Positions 18,147 through 25,675 of a stretch of DNA of 25,788 nt are shown here, piece after piece (the first letter of the stretch is position 1; each line of letters starts with the position of its first letter). The position numbers and the translations under genes are program-made. Origin of the DNA: Acidobacteriota bacterium (GTDB lineage Bacteria; Acidobacteriota; Thermoanaerobaculia; Multivoradales; UBA5704); contig JBDTZG010000072.1 in the NCBI GenBank assembly GCA_040005235.1, positions 1 to 25,788 on the forward strand. Direction: 5' to 3'. The notes under the pieces are model-generated. The model worked only from the letters and a program-made list of their open reading frames with translations. It ran no database searches and was not told where the DNA came from.

Positions 18147-20023
18147 AGCCGTCCGCGCGCCCCGGCGGTCCGGCCGATCGCGGGGCCGCCGCCGAGGAAG
18201 GGCGCCGACGGATCGCGCTCGAAATCCACGACGATTTCGGCCAACGGATCGCCGGCCTCGCCCTGTCGCTCCGGGCGGCGCGCAAGCGGCTCCCGAAGGA
18301 TCTCGACCCTTCCCGGCTCTCGGAGCTCGACGCCGTCGGGGGAGGCCTCGCCGAGCTGGGCGAGGACCTCCGCCGCCTGAGCCACGACCTGCACCCCGCG
18401 GCACTGGAGCGCCGCGGCCTGACCGAGGCGCTGCGCGACCACTGCGCCGAGGTCGAAAGGCGGCACGGCCTGCGGGTGGAGCTGAGTGTCGGCGGGAACA
18501 ACGGGATCGGCGGCACCTTCCCGCCGCCTCCTCCGGAGATCGCCCTCGGCCTGTACCGCATCGTCCAGGAAGCGCTGGCGAACGCCGTCCGCCATGCCGG
18601 CGCGCACGCCGTCCGGGTCACGCTGCGGGCCCGCTTCGGCATGGCGTTTCTGACCGTCGCCGACGATGGCAGCGGCTTCGATCCCGACACGGCCCGGCGC
18701 TTCGTCGGCGTCGGCCTCGCCGGCATCGAAGAGCGCGCCCATCTGCTCGGCGGCCGCTGCCGCATCGCGTCGTCCCCCGGCGCCGGCACCGAGATCGAAT
18801 GCGCCGTGCCGCTGCCGGGCGAAGGCGCGTTCTCCTCGCTGCGCGACCTGGTGCGCCGGCATAAGGGGTTCGTGGCCTCCGCGGCGCTGGTCATTCTCGC
18901 GCTCTCGGCGGGCCTCGTCACGACGCTCTTCCATGCGCGGCAGGCCCGGCAAGAGGCGGCGCGGGCCGACGCGGCGGTGCTCTTCCTCGAAGATCTGTTC
19001 AAGGCTTCGAGCCCCCGCCAGGCCCTCGGCGGACTGCCGGACGCCCGCCAGCTGCTGCGCCGCGGCCGGGAACGGCTCGCCCACGACCTCCGCGACCAGC
19101 CGCTCCTGCGCGCGCGGCTGCTCGACACCCTGGGCGGCATCCACACCGAGCTCGGCCTGTTCGACGACGCGCGGCCACTGCTCAACCAGGCCCTCTCCCT
19201 GCGCGAGCGGCTCCGCGGCGAACGCCACCCGGAAGTGGCGGACACCCTGATCCGTCTCGGCTCTCTCGCGCAGCTTTCCGGCCGGGGCGACGCCGTGGCC
19301 CTGTTCCGCCGCGCGCTCACTTTGCGCGAGGCCGCGCTCGGCCCCGAAGATCCGGCGGTGGCCGAGGCCCTCGACCGGTTGGGCGTGGCGCTCGCCGCGC
19401 GCGGCCTCTTCGACACGGCCGAGGTGACCCTGCGCCGTTCGCTGGCTCTTCAGGAACGGCTGTGGGGTCCCGACGACCTGCGGGTGGCCAAGGTGCTGCA
19501 CAACCTCTCGGGCATCGCCTACTACCGAGGCGACACGGCGAGCTACGAGCGGCTGGTCCTGCGAGCGCTCGCGATCCGCGAGAAGGCTCTGCCCGAGGAC
19601 GACCTCGACCTCGCCGGCAGCCGCGAGGCCCTGGCCCTGCTGCGCCAGAAGCAGAACCGGCCCGCCGAGGCCGCAAAGATCCTCGACCGCCTGGCGGCGA
19701 CCCACGAACGGGTATACGGCCCGGAGCACCCGCAGCTCGCGAAGACCCTTTTAAACCTCGGCCTCGTCCGCGCCGATCTCGGCCAGGACGAGGCTGCCCG
19801 CGGGCTCCTCGAACGCGCCCTGGCAATCACCGAGAAGGCATTGGCCCCCGATCACCCGCAGCGCGTACGGGCGCTCGCCACCCTCGCCAATTTCGAGCTC
19901 GAGCACGGGCGCGCCAGCCAAGCCGAGCCGCTCTACCGGCAGCTCCTGATCCTGCACGCGCAGGGAGCCGCCTACGACGACTGGGATCGCGTGCTCGCCA
20001 ACGCGGCGAAGCTCCATCCGTAA
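18143..20023 (+). CDS. Histidine kinase with N-terminal HisKA_3-HATPase_c, a single TM helix and C-terminal TPR repeats (626 aa)
   Basis: H-box RRIALEIHDDFGQ, N-box YRIVQEALANAVRHA, DDGSGFD, GVGLAGIEER; TM FVASAALVILALSAGLVTTLF; repeated RAL.LRE..LG..HP..A..L..LG TPR units; ATGA overlap with the regulator. Confidence 0.88.
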   Translation: MKPSARPGGPADRGAAAEEGRRRIALEIHDDFGQRIAGLALSLRAARKRLPKDLDPSRLSELDAVGGGLAELGEDLRRLSHDLHPAALERRGLTEALRDHCAEVERRHGLRVELSVGGNNGIGGTFPPPPPEIALGLYRIVQEALANAVRHAGAHAVRVTLRARFGMAFLTVADDGSGFDPDTARRFVGVGLAGIEERAHLLGGRCRIASSPGAGTEIECAVPLPGEGAFSSLRDLVRRHKGFVASAALVILALSAGLVTTLFHARQARQEAARADAAVLFLEDLFKASSPRQALGGLPDARQLLRRGRERLAHDLRDQPLLRARLLDTLGGIHTELGLFDDARPLLNQALSLRERLRGERHPEVADTLIRLGSLAQLSGRGDAVALFRRALTLREAALGPEDPAVAEALDRLGVALAARGLFDTAEVTLRRSLALQERLWGPDDLRVAKVLHNLSGIAYYRGDTASYERLVLRALAIREKALPEDDLDLAGSREALALLRQKQNRPAEAAKILDRLAATHERVYGPEHPQLAKTLLNLGLVRADLGQDEAARGLLERALAITEKALAPDHPQRVRALATLANFELEHGRASQAEPLYRQLLILHAQGAAYDDWDRVLANAAKLHP

Positions 20024-20139
20024 ATCCCTTCTCCCCCGGGGTTAGCGCTCAGTTCGAAGCCACAACGTCGCATCGAGCGGCGAACACGCCGGCGAGGTCC
20101 GCCTCCGCGGAAAGCGGCGCGGGCGCCGTGCCGGTCTGC

Positions 20140-20231
20140 GCTTTTCCCTGGGACCGCCGAGCACCAGCTCGGCACCGAGGCGGCGCCAACGGCAAGCCCA
20201 GCTGAGCTGGTGCTCGGTGGTCCAGCGAAGC
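20140..20231 (+). repeat. REP doublet (REPIN-like), family A copy 3, degenerate
   Basis: GGGACCGCCGAGCACCAGCTCGGC (20150-20173), spacer ACCGAGGCGGCGCCAAC..., right arm GCTGAGCTGGTGCTCGGTGGTCC (20201-20223). Confidence 0.87.
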
Positions 20232-20271
20232 ACGCCTAAACCGGGAAATTCAGCCTTTCGCACCCCAGGGC

Positions 20272-20300
20272 TTGATTTCTCGGCATCTGGACCCTATGGT
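20272..20300 (+). promoter_or_regulatory. Candidate sigma70 promoter of the replication-like operon
   Basis: TTGATT (20272-20277), 17-bp spacer, TATGGT (20295-20300). Confidence 0.4.
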
Positions 20301-20411
20301 ATCTATGGATTCGATATGGAATCACCGACAACATAATCATCCTGGCACGACCGAGCGACATTCACGGCATCCGGTAGGGCGGGAATCTTGACAGAGCGGG
20401 GGAGGTGTACC

Positions 20412-21278
20412 TTGACCCAGACGATGAAGTTGGCCGTGGGTGGACGGCTGCTCGACCAGCTGTTCGCGGCGGCGGCGGTGGATGAGGTTTCGACCTCCGA
20501 GGTGATCCGGCGGATCTTGTGGTGCCACTTCGAGGCCCGGAAGGGGACCGAACCGGGCCCGATCGGGGCCGAAGAGGGCCCCAACTCGGCCCCTCGCCCC
20601 GGGGATTCAGGGCACCGCTCCTCTTCCCTCCCCACACCCCTCCCATCACCTCCAGGTAGAGGTTACCCACAAGAGACAAAAGCAAAAGCAAAAGCAGAAG
20701 CAACAGCTTCTGCTCTCTTAGATCTTCTAAGTACAGACTCTACCGGGCGCGTACGCGAGGCGCCCGCGCACGTGAGGCCAGGGTCCGCCGGGGGGGCCGA
20801 CGCGGACCCCGTGCTCTGGCTTCCGTGCCGGGCGTCCCGCGCGGGGGACTCCGCCGCCTGGGGCCTGTCGCAGGGCCAGATCGAACGTTGGCAGGCGGTG
20901 TTCCCGGGCCTCGACGTGCTCGGCGAGGCCCGCAAAGCCCAGGCCTGGCTGGAGGCCAATCCCGGGCGCTGGAAGACCCCTCGCGGCATTGGCAGGTTTC
21001 TGTTCTCGTGGCTCGAACGGGCCAACGACGGCGGCCGGTTCGGTGGGCGCGAGGCTCCGGCCGGGCGCGGCGGCGGCGGCTGGAAACCTGGGATCCCGGG
21101 GATCGACAAGCCGGCGCCGCCGCCCAAAGGATCGCTCAAGGAGGCCTACGGCCGCGAATCGTTCGAGGAGTGGGAGGCGGAGCTGCGGGCCGGCATCCCC
21201 GAGCCGGAGGAGCTGGCGAAGTGCCTCCGCGACTTAGAGGCGATCCGCCTCGGTTGGGAGGCGCGGCATGGCGCGTGA
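20412..21278 (+). CDS. Phage-type replication initiator-like protein with an N-terminal RHH-like segment
   Basis: C-terminal WQAVFPGLDVLGEARKAQAWLEANPGRWKTPRGIGRFLFSWLERA resembles phage initiator C-termini; overlaps a DnaC-like gene; TTG 20412 follows GGAGGT (alternative starts 20388 and 20424). Confidence 0.65.
   Translation: MTQTMKLAVGGRLLDQLFAAAAVDEVSTSEVIRRILWCHFEARKGTEPGPIGAEEGPNSAPRPGDSGHRSSSLPTPLPSPPGRGYPQETKAKAKAEATASALLDLLSTDSTGRVREAPAHVRPGSAGGADADPVLWLPCRASRAGDSAAWGLSQGQIERWQAVFPGLDVLGEARKAQAWLEANPGRWKTPRGIGRFLFSWLERANDGGRFGGREAPAGRGGGGWKPGIPGIDKPAPPPKGSLKEAYGRESFEEWEAELRAGIPEPEELAKCLRDLEAIRLGWEARHGA
20655..20757. other. Candidate replication origin embedded in the initiator gene
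   Basis: AT-rich tract with CAAAAG x3 plus CAGAAG and CAACAG, hairpin AGCAGAAGC-AACA-GCTTCTGCT, CTTAGA-TCT-TCTAAG, outer GGTAGAG/CTCTACC and palindrome CGCGTACGCG. Confidence 0.45.
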
Positions 21279-22071
21279 TCTCGGCGGCCTGTTGGGAGGG
21301 GTCGAGCGGCGCCTGGCCGTCCTGCCGGCCGAAGAGCTGGCCGCCCGGGAGCGCCCGCGCTGCGCCTTGCCGCCCGGGCAGCACTGCTCGTCGGGCTGGC
21401 ACTGGCGGCAGGACGGCGGGCAGGGCACCGCGTTTTCCCGCTGCGGGCGAGCCACCGCGGCGCGGGCCGAAGCGGCGGCGGCGGAGATCCCGGGCGGGCA
21501 GACTTTCGAGAGCTTCGAGCGGCTGCGCGAGAACGACGCCTACCTCGCGGCCCGGCGGTGGGCGGACGCGGAGAGTGTCGGAGGGGAGGGAGGGATGGGA
21601 GGGGTGGGCCGCCGGACGCTCGCCCTTCTGCGGCCGGAGACCGTGGCCGAGACCACCGGCTGCGGCAAGACCCACCTGCTGCGCGCGGCGGCGCGCGCCC
21701 TGGTCCGGACCGGGCGCTGGGTCGAGTACGTGACGGCCCCCGACCTCACGCGGACGGTGCGCGGGCGGGCGCTGTTCGACGGCGCGGAGCGCGGCGCGGC
21801 CGAGATCGCGGTGCGCAAGTGGCACCGCTGCGATGCGCTGATCCTCGACGACCTAGGCCAGGAGGAGACCGCGGCGCCGATCACCGCCGCGTTCGTGGTG
21901 GGGCTGCTGGACGAGCGGGAGGGCGAGCGGCTCGCCTTCGCCACCAACGCGAGCGAGCGGGAGCTGGCGCTGCGCTTCGGCGTGCCCCTGGTCTCGCGGC
22001 TGCTCGGCGGCGCGGACGTTCCCTCGCTGCGCGGCACCGACTACCGACGGCTGTACCGGGAGGCGGTATGA
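21268..22071 (+). CDS. DnaC/IstB-like AAA+ ATPase (helicase loader-like)
   Basis: TFESF, Walker A variant ETTGCGKTHL, Walker B LILDDLGQE, ATN and RFG..LVSRL; N-terminal Cys/His cluster. Confidence 0.82.
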   Translation: MARDLGGLLGGVERRLAVLPAEELAARERPRCALPPGQHCSSGWHWRQDGGQGTAFSRCGRATAARAEAAAAEIPGGQTFESFERLRENDAYLAARRWADAESVGGEGGMGGVGRRTLALLRPETVAETTGCGKTHLLRAAARALVRTGRWVEYVTAPDLTRTVRGRALFDGAERGAAEIAVRKWHRCDALILDDLGQEETAAPITAAFVVGLLDEREGERLAFATNASERELALRFGVPLVSRLLGGADVPSLRGTDYRRLYREAV

Positions 22072-22219
22072 GCAAGGCCGGGACCCACGGCTGCGCGAGG
22101 GTATCGCCAAGGAATCTACGGATTCTATTTTTGAGTATGAGACGGACTGACCTGAGTTGAGTTAAGATTGATCCTGCACATCCCGTGCGGACTGGAGCGA
22201 AGCTCGGAGGTTGGCGTTC

Positions 22220-22468
22220 ATGGCTGCGAGAGTGCTGGCCTGGCGGTTTCCCTCGAAGGCAACTTCCCCCGAGCGGGAAGCCCTCGATACGCTCGTCGTC
22301 TGCTCGGTCATGGAAACGATGGAGCTGTATTTCGAAGAAGATCCGGTCCGGCCCGAGGACCCGACCAACCACCTCCTCGCGGGCCTGCTGCGCGCCGCCC
22401 GTTGGGAGATCGAGGCGCTTATCCTCAAAGCCCTCCGCGACGGGTCGGACGACGATGCGCAGAGCTGA
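22220..22468 (+). CDS. Hypothetical protein (82 aa)
   Basis: GGAGG SD before ATG 22220; plausible helical, acidic composition. Confidence 0.55.
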   Translation: MAARVLAWRFPSKATSPEREALDTLVVCSVMETMELYFEEDPVRPEDPTNHLLAGLLRAARWEIEALILKALRDGSDDDAQS

Positions 22469-22496
22469 CCCGCGGCTGTCGGCGGATTAAACCGCG

Positions 22497-23159
22497 TTAC
22501 GGAGTCAACGCGCGGCCTTTCAAGACGGCGCTCTCCGAGACTCGAAACACCATCTCCATCTGCGCCGCGTTGTCCAGGCTGCCGCTCAAGCGTTCGACAA
22601 ACGCCGCCGCGCTCTGGAAGATCGAGGATAGTTCTGCGGCGGAGGCGTCCTCGGCGAGGTTTTCGAGCGCGCGCAAGACTCCATCGCCTCCTCGGGCTTC
22701 GTTCCGCACCGCCTCGAAGGCTTCCGAGCGTGCCGCCCGGCTGACCCGCGCGAGGCGTTCCGTATTGGTCAACGACCGCGGCGCGGGGCTGGCCGGCCGG
22801 CTCGTCGGCGCCTCCTCCTGGGTGTAGCGCGCTCTGCGCAGGGCGCGGCGCAGCTCCAGGGCCGGAACCTCGAACAGCGCCGCCACATGCGCCGCGGAGC
22901 GGCAGTGGCTTTCGAGCGCCTGCTTGTTCGCGGGGGTCGGCGTGAAGGCGTCACAGCACGGCCGGTGCTCGTTCGCGGAGGGAAACCAGAGCCCCTGGCG
23001 CCACTCGCCCTCCGGCGCCTGCCCCCGCGACTCCCGGGCCAAGAAGGCCTCCAGGGCCAGGCGAAGGCGCCCCTCGTTCGCGGGCGGCCCTAGAGCCCCG
23101 TGCTCCGGCGTTTCCCCCAGGTCTTCGAGGTCGGATTCTTGGATGCGTACCAGATTCAT
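22497..23159 (-). CDS. Hypothetical protein with a putative Zn-binding CC...HCRxxxH motif
   Basis: AGGAGG SD; PEGEW..GLWFPS..E...CC....P.......LESHCRSAAHVA motif followed by a helical C-terminus. Confidence 0.72.
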   Translation of the reverse strand: MNLVRIQESDLEDLGETPEHGALGPPANEGRLRLALEAFLARESRGQAPEGEWRQGLWFPSANEHRPCCDAFTPTPANKQALESHCRSAAHVAALFEVPALELRRALRRARYTQEEAPTSRPASPAPRSLTNTERLARVSRAARSEAFEAVRNEARGGDGVLRALENLAEDASAAELSSIFQSAAAFVERLSGSLDNAAQMEMVFRVSESAVLKGRALTP

Positions 23160-23306
23160 CGGTCTATGTCCTCCTGCGGGGCAGCTGTTCTATTCCATAC
23201 AGTGCATCCCGGGCGCCAATGCGGGTCGAAATGGGGAGAGTGGTGGCGAATTCTCTCGCCTCTTCTCGCTTCGTCGCGTTCTCGACGTTCCCGAAGCATA
23301 CCCCAG

Positions 23307-23328
23307 AATGCCTACTAAAGTAGACATT
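23307..23328. promoter_or_regulatory. Imperfect 22-bp palindrome in an AT-richer divergent intergenic region
   Basis: AATGCCTACT-AA-AGTAGACATT, 1 mismatch between arms. Confidence 0.4.
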
Positions 23329-23487
23329 TCCCACCCAAGACGCGGAAGATGGAATCATGAAGGGCCTAATTTCAGGGAAAATACTGAACTTTCTCTCGAT
23401 TCCATAGACTTCTCGGATTAAGTCCTGTACAAGGGGTATGTGAGACGGCATTACGCCGTCGCGCCGACCGTAAAGGAGAAGCACAGC

Positions 23488-23844
23488 ATGGCCGCGAAGA
23501 AGTCGAGCCTCAATGCGCAACTCGCCGAGCAGCCCCCGACCCAGCTCAAAGCCGAGCGGATCCAGTTCGCCCTCGCCACCCTTCCCGGATGGGCCCTCGG
23601 CCCGCCGCGCCAGAGGGTGGAGCGCTTCTTCCGCCTGGCGGCGGAGGGAGAGGCGGATCGTTTCGTCCCGTTCGTCCTCGCCACCTGCCGCAAGGCGGGA
23701 GCCAACGTCGAGATGTCCGTGCAGGAAAGCCTTGTGGTCGTCCGCCTCGGCGGAGCCAACGGCGTGATGGCAGCCGATCTGTCGGCGGCGCAATCGCTCA
23801 GTGAGTCCCGCTGGGCGTACGCGGCCGCCGCCACGGCGGCGTGA
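23488..23844 (+). CDS. Degenerate pterin-4a-carbinolamine dehydratase (PCD/DCoH)-like protein
   Basis: AAGGAG SD before ATG 23488; LKAERIQ..LATLPGWAL...VERFF...A..FV..V...VVVRL...GV..AD...A..L follows the PCD pattern but lacks the HHP motif. Confidence 0.6.
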   Translation: MAAKKSSLNAQLAEQPPTQLKAERIQFALATLPGWALGPPRQRVERFFRLAAEGEADRFVPFVLATCRKAGANVEMSVQESLVVVRLGGANGVMAADLSAAQSLSESRWAYAAAATAA

Positions 23845-23849
23845 CCGTC

Positions 23850-24126
23850 GAAAGCGGCTTTCCGCCGCTGGATTCGGGCGTCCGGCGCGGAATCCGGGAT
23901 GCAGAAGGAAAAACGCGCGATTCCTTGACGTAGAGCGGCTATCCGAGACTGCTTGCCGCTCGCAGCCGCCGCAACGTCGCTCTTCGCGAGCGATAGCGGC
24001 TTTCGAGGAGCAATGCCAGCTATCCCGTTCTCGATAGCGGGGTTCCACGGGCGATGGCGGCATCCAGAGCTGGATAGCCGCTCTCGAAGACCGCAGAGCC
24101 GCCGTCGACAGTCGATAGCAGCTTTA
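23850..24126. repeat. Phased array of degenerate 13-bp palindromes (consensus GATAGC-N-GCTATC), 20-21 bp period
   Basis: Clear units at 23850, 23931, 23992, 24012, 24033, 24053, 24073, 24094 and 24114; weaker units at ~23871, 23890, 23911, 23951 and 23972. Confidence 0.75.
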
Positions 24127-24265
24127 CGGGGCCGTTCGGCGTCGTCTTCGGCGGATTTTCGCGGAATCCGCCGGAAGAACGATTGCCGCGCAGGAAAGTG
24201 AAGCTACAACCGGGCCGACCGTGATCGCGCCCGGAATCTGTCACCCAACTTGGAGGATATAAACG

Positions 24266-24655
24266 ATGAAAGCGAGCTCGTACTCCGACAAGATCGACGC
24301 CTTCCAGAACACGGTCAACAACCTCGAACCGGACCTCCCGAAGTATCCCGGGGCGGCTGACATCTTCGACGAGATGAAGGTGCTTCTCGCCGAACTGCGG
24401 CCCGCGCACGCTGCGGTGGAATCGCATCGCGGCAGCCAACGCGTCGCGGTTCAGATGCGTCGGGATCTGGCGGTCCGCGGCGTCCAGGTCCACCGCCGTC
24501 TGTCGGCGCTGGTCGCCGCTCATATCGGCTTCGCCAATCCGGTTCTCGCCACCTACGGGATCACCCCGGAAAACAACGCGAATCGGAGGGGCCGGCGCTC
24601 GAAGAAGGAGCTGGCAGCGAAGAAGGCGGCAGAGGCGCAGCTGGCCGCCGCCTGA
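24266..24655 (+). CDS. Small helical hypothetical protein with a basic C-terminal tail (129 aa)
   Basis: GGAGG SD; amphipathic helices, then G..NPVL..YGI.P and the RRGRRSKKELAAKK tail; followed by a terminator. Confidence 0.82.
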   Translation: MKASSYSDKIDAFQNTVNNLEPDLPKYPGAADIFDEMKVLLAELRPAHAAVESHRGSQRVAVQMRRDLAVRGVQVHRRLSALVAAHIGFANPVLATYGITPENNANRRGRRSKKELAAKKAAEAQLAAA

Positions 24656-24678
24656 TCCGTTGAAGTGAGTCCCGTCCC

Positions 24679-24711
24679 GGGGGCGGTCCGCAAGGGCCGC
24701 CCCCCTTTTTT
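24679..24711 (+). terminator. Rho-independent terminator
   Basis: GGGGGCGGTCC-GCAA-GGGCCGCCCCC stem with GNRA loop, followed by T7. Confidence 0.88.
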
Positions 24712-24736
24712 GGGGGGAGAACCACGCTTTCGCTTC

Positions 24737-24820
24737 TCCCCGGGACCGCCGAGCACCAGCTCGGCACCGAGGCGGCGCAAATGTAAAAGCAGCCGAGCTG
24801 GTGCTCGGCGGTCCCGGGGA
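24737..24820 (+). repeat. REP doublet (REPIN-like), family A copy 4, upstream of the RAYT
   Basis: Perfect 29-bp inverted arms 24737-24765 and 24792-24820; 26-nt spacer ACCGAGGCGGCGCAAATGTAAAAGCA. Confidence 0.93.
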
Positions 24821-24979
24821 AAAGCCTTTCTCCTTCGGACGGCGTCCTTGAATGCCTCAAGACTCGTGGACCAAGCCACCTCTAGCGAAGCAAACCGATT
24901 GCGAGAGGGCGGATTGGTCTAACGATTCGGCCGGTCCCGGGGAAAGCACGCTTGAGTCGTCGTAGAATCGGCGCAGAAT

Positions 24980-25645
24980 ATGTCGATGCAGAAAGAGTCC
25001 TTCGTAACGCCGTCACCGGACGCTGAGGCTTCCGATCCGCTGCCCGGCGTGCCCGTCCACCCCGGCTGGACTTCGCGAGGGTACCTCCCTCACTTCGACC
25101 AGCCGGGCCTTCTCCAATCCCTAACCTTCCGCCTCGCTGACTCATTACCCCAAGACCAACTCCGCCAGTTGGAACGCGAGCTGGAGCAACAGCCGAAAAC
25201 CGCCCAAGACCTTGCGCGCCGCAAACGCCTGGAGAGCTGGCTCGATGCGGGGATGGGCTGCTCGGCCCTTAGGCATCCCCAGGTGGCGGAGACGCTGGAA
25301 AACTCTCTGTTCCGCTTCGACGGCTCGCGCTACCGGCTGCTCGCCTGGTGCATCATGCCCAACCACGTCCACTCCCTGATCGAGCCGATCACGCCGCTCG
25401 CGGGCATCGTTCAATCCTGGAAGTCCTATACCGGCCGGTGGGCGCTCGCCCACAACGCCGAGCTTCGCCTTGGCATCTCCGGCAAAGCCTTCTGGATGCG
25501 CGATTATTGGGACCGCTTCATCCGCGACGGCAAGCACTACCACCAGGTGATCCATTACATCCACCAGAACCCGGTCAAAGCCGGTCTCTGCGCCACCCCG
25601 CCCGCTTGGCCTTGGTCGAGCGCCCGTTTCCCGCCCGAACCCTGA
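24980..25645 (+). mobile_element. rayT: REP-associated tyrosine transposase (RAYT/TnpA-REP, HUH Y1 family)
   Basis: SRGYLPHFD, TFRLADSLP, HUH motif IMPNHVH, FWMRDYWDRFIRD, catalytic YIHQNPVKAGL, WPWSS; flanked on both sides by REP doublets. Confidence 0.92.
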
Positions 25646-25675
25646 GTTGGGCTAAGAATTCGGCGGAGGGGGCCT

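Noticed and set aside
21268-22071. IS21 element (IstB)
   Set aside because: No IstA DDE transposase or terminal inverted repeats; the upstream gene looks like a phage-type initiator.
22068-22160. 30-codon ORF after the DnaC-like gene as a functional CDS
   Set aside because: Too short and without a recognisable motif; noted only as a possible truncated remnant.
23185-23202. LexA box-like CTGT...ACAG
   Set aside because: The spacer is 10 nt rather than the canonical 8.
23850-24126. Palindrome array as a mini-CRISPR or a coding heptad repeat
   Set aside because: Linkers are only 7-8 bp and the repeats are degenerate; the 20/20/21 spacing breaks frame, so it cannot encode a peptide repeat.
24980-25645. 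IS200/IS605 insertion sequence
   Set aside because: No tnpB; the length, motifs and dispersed REP doublets fit a RAYT rather than IS200 TnpA.
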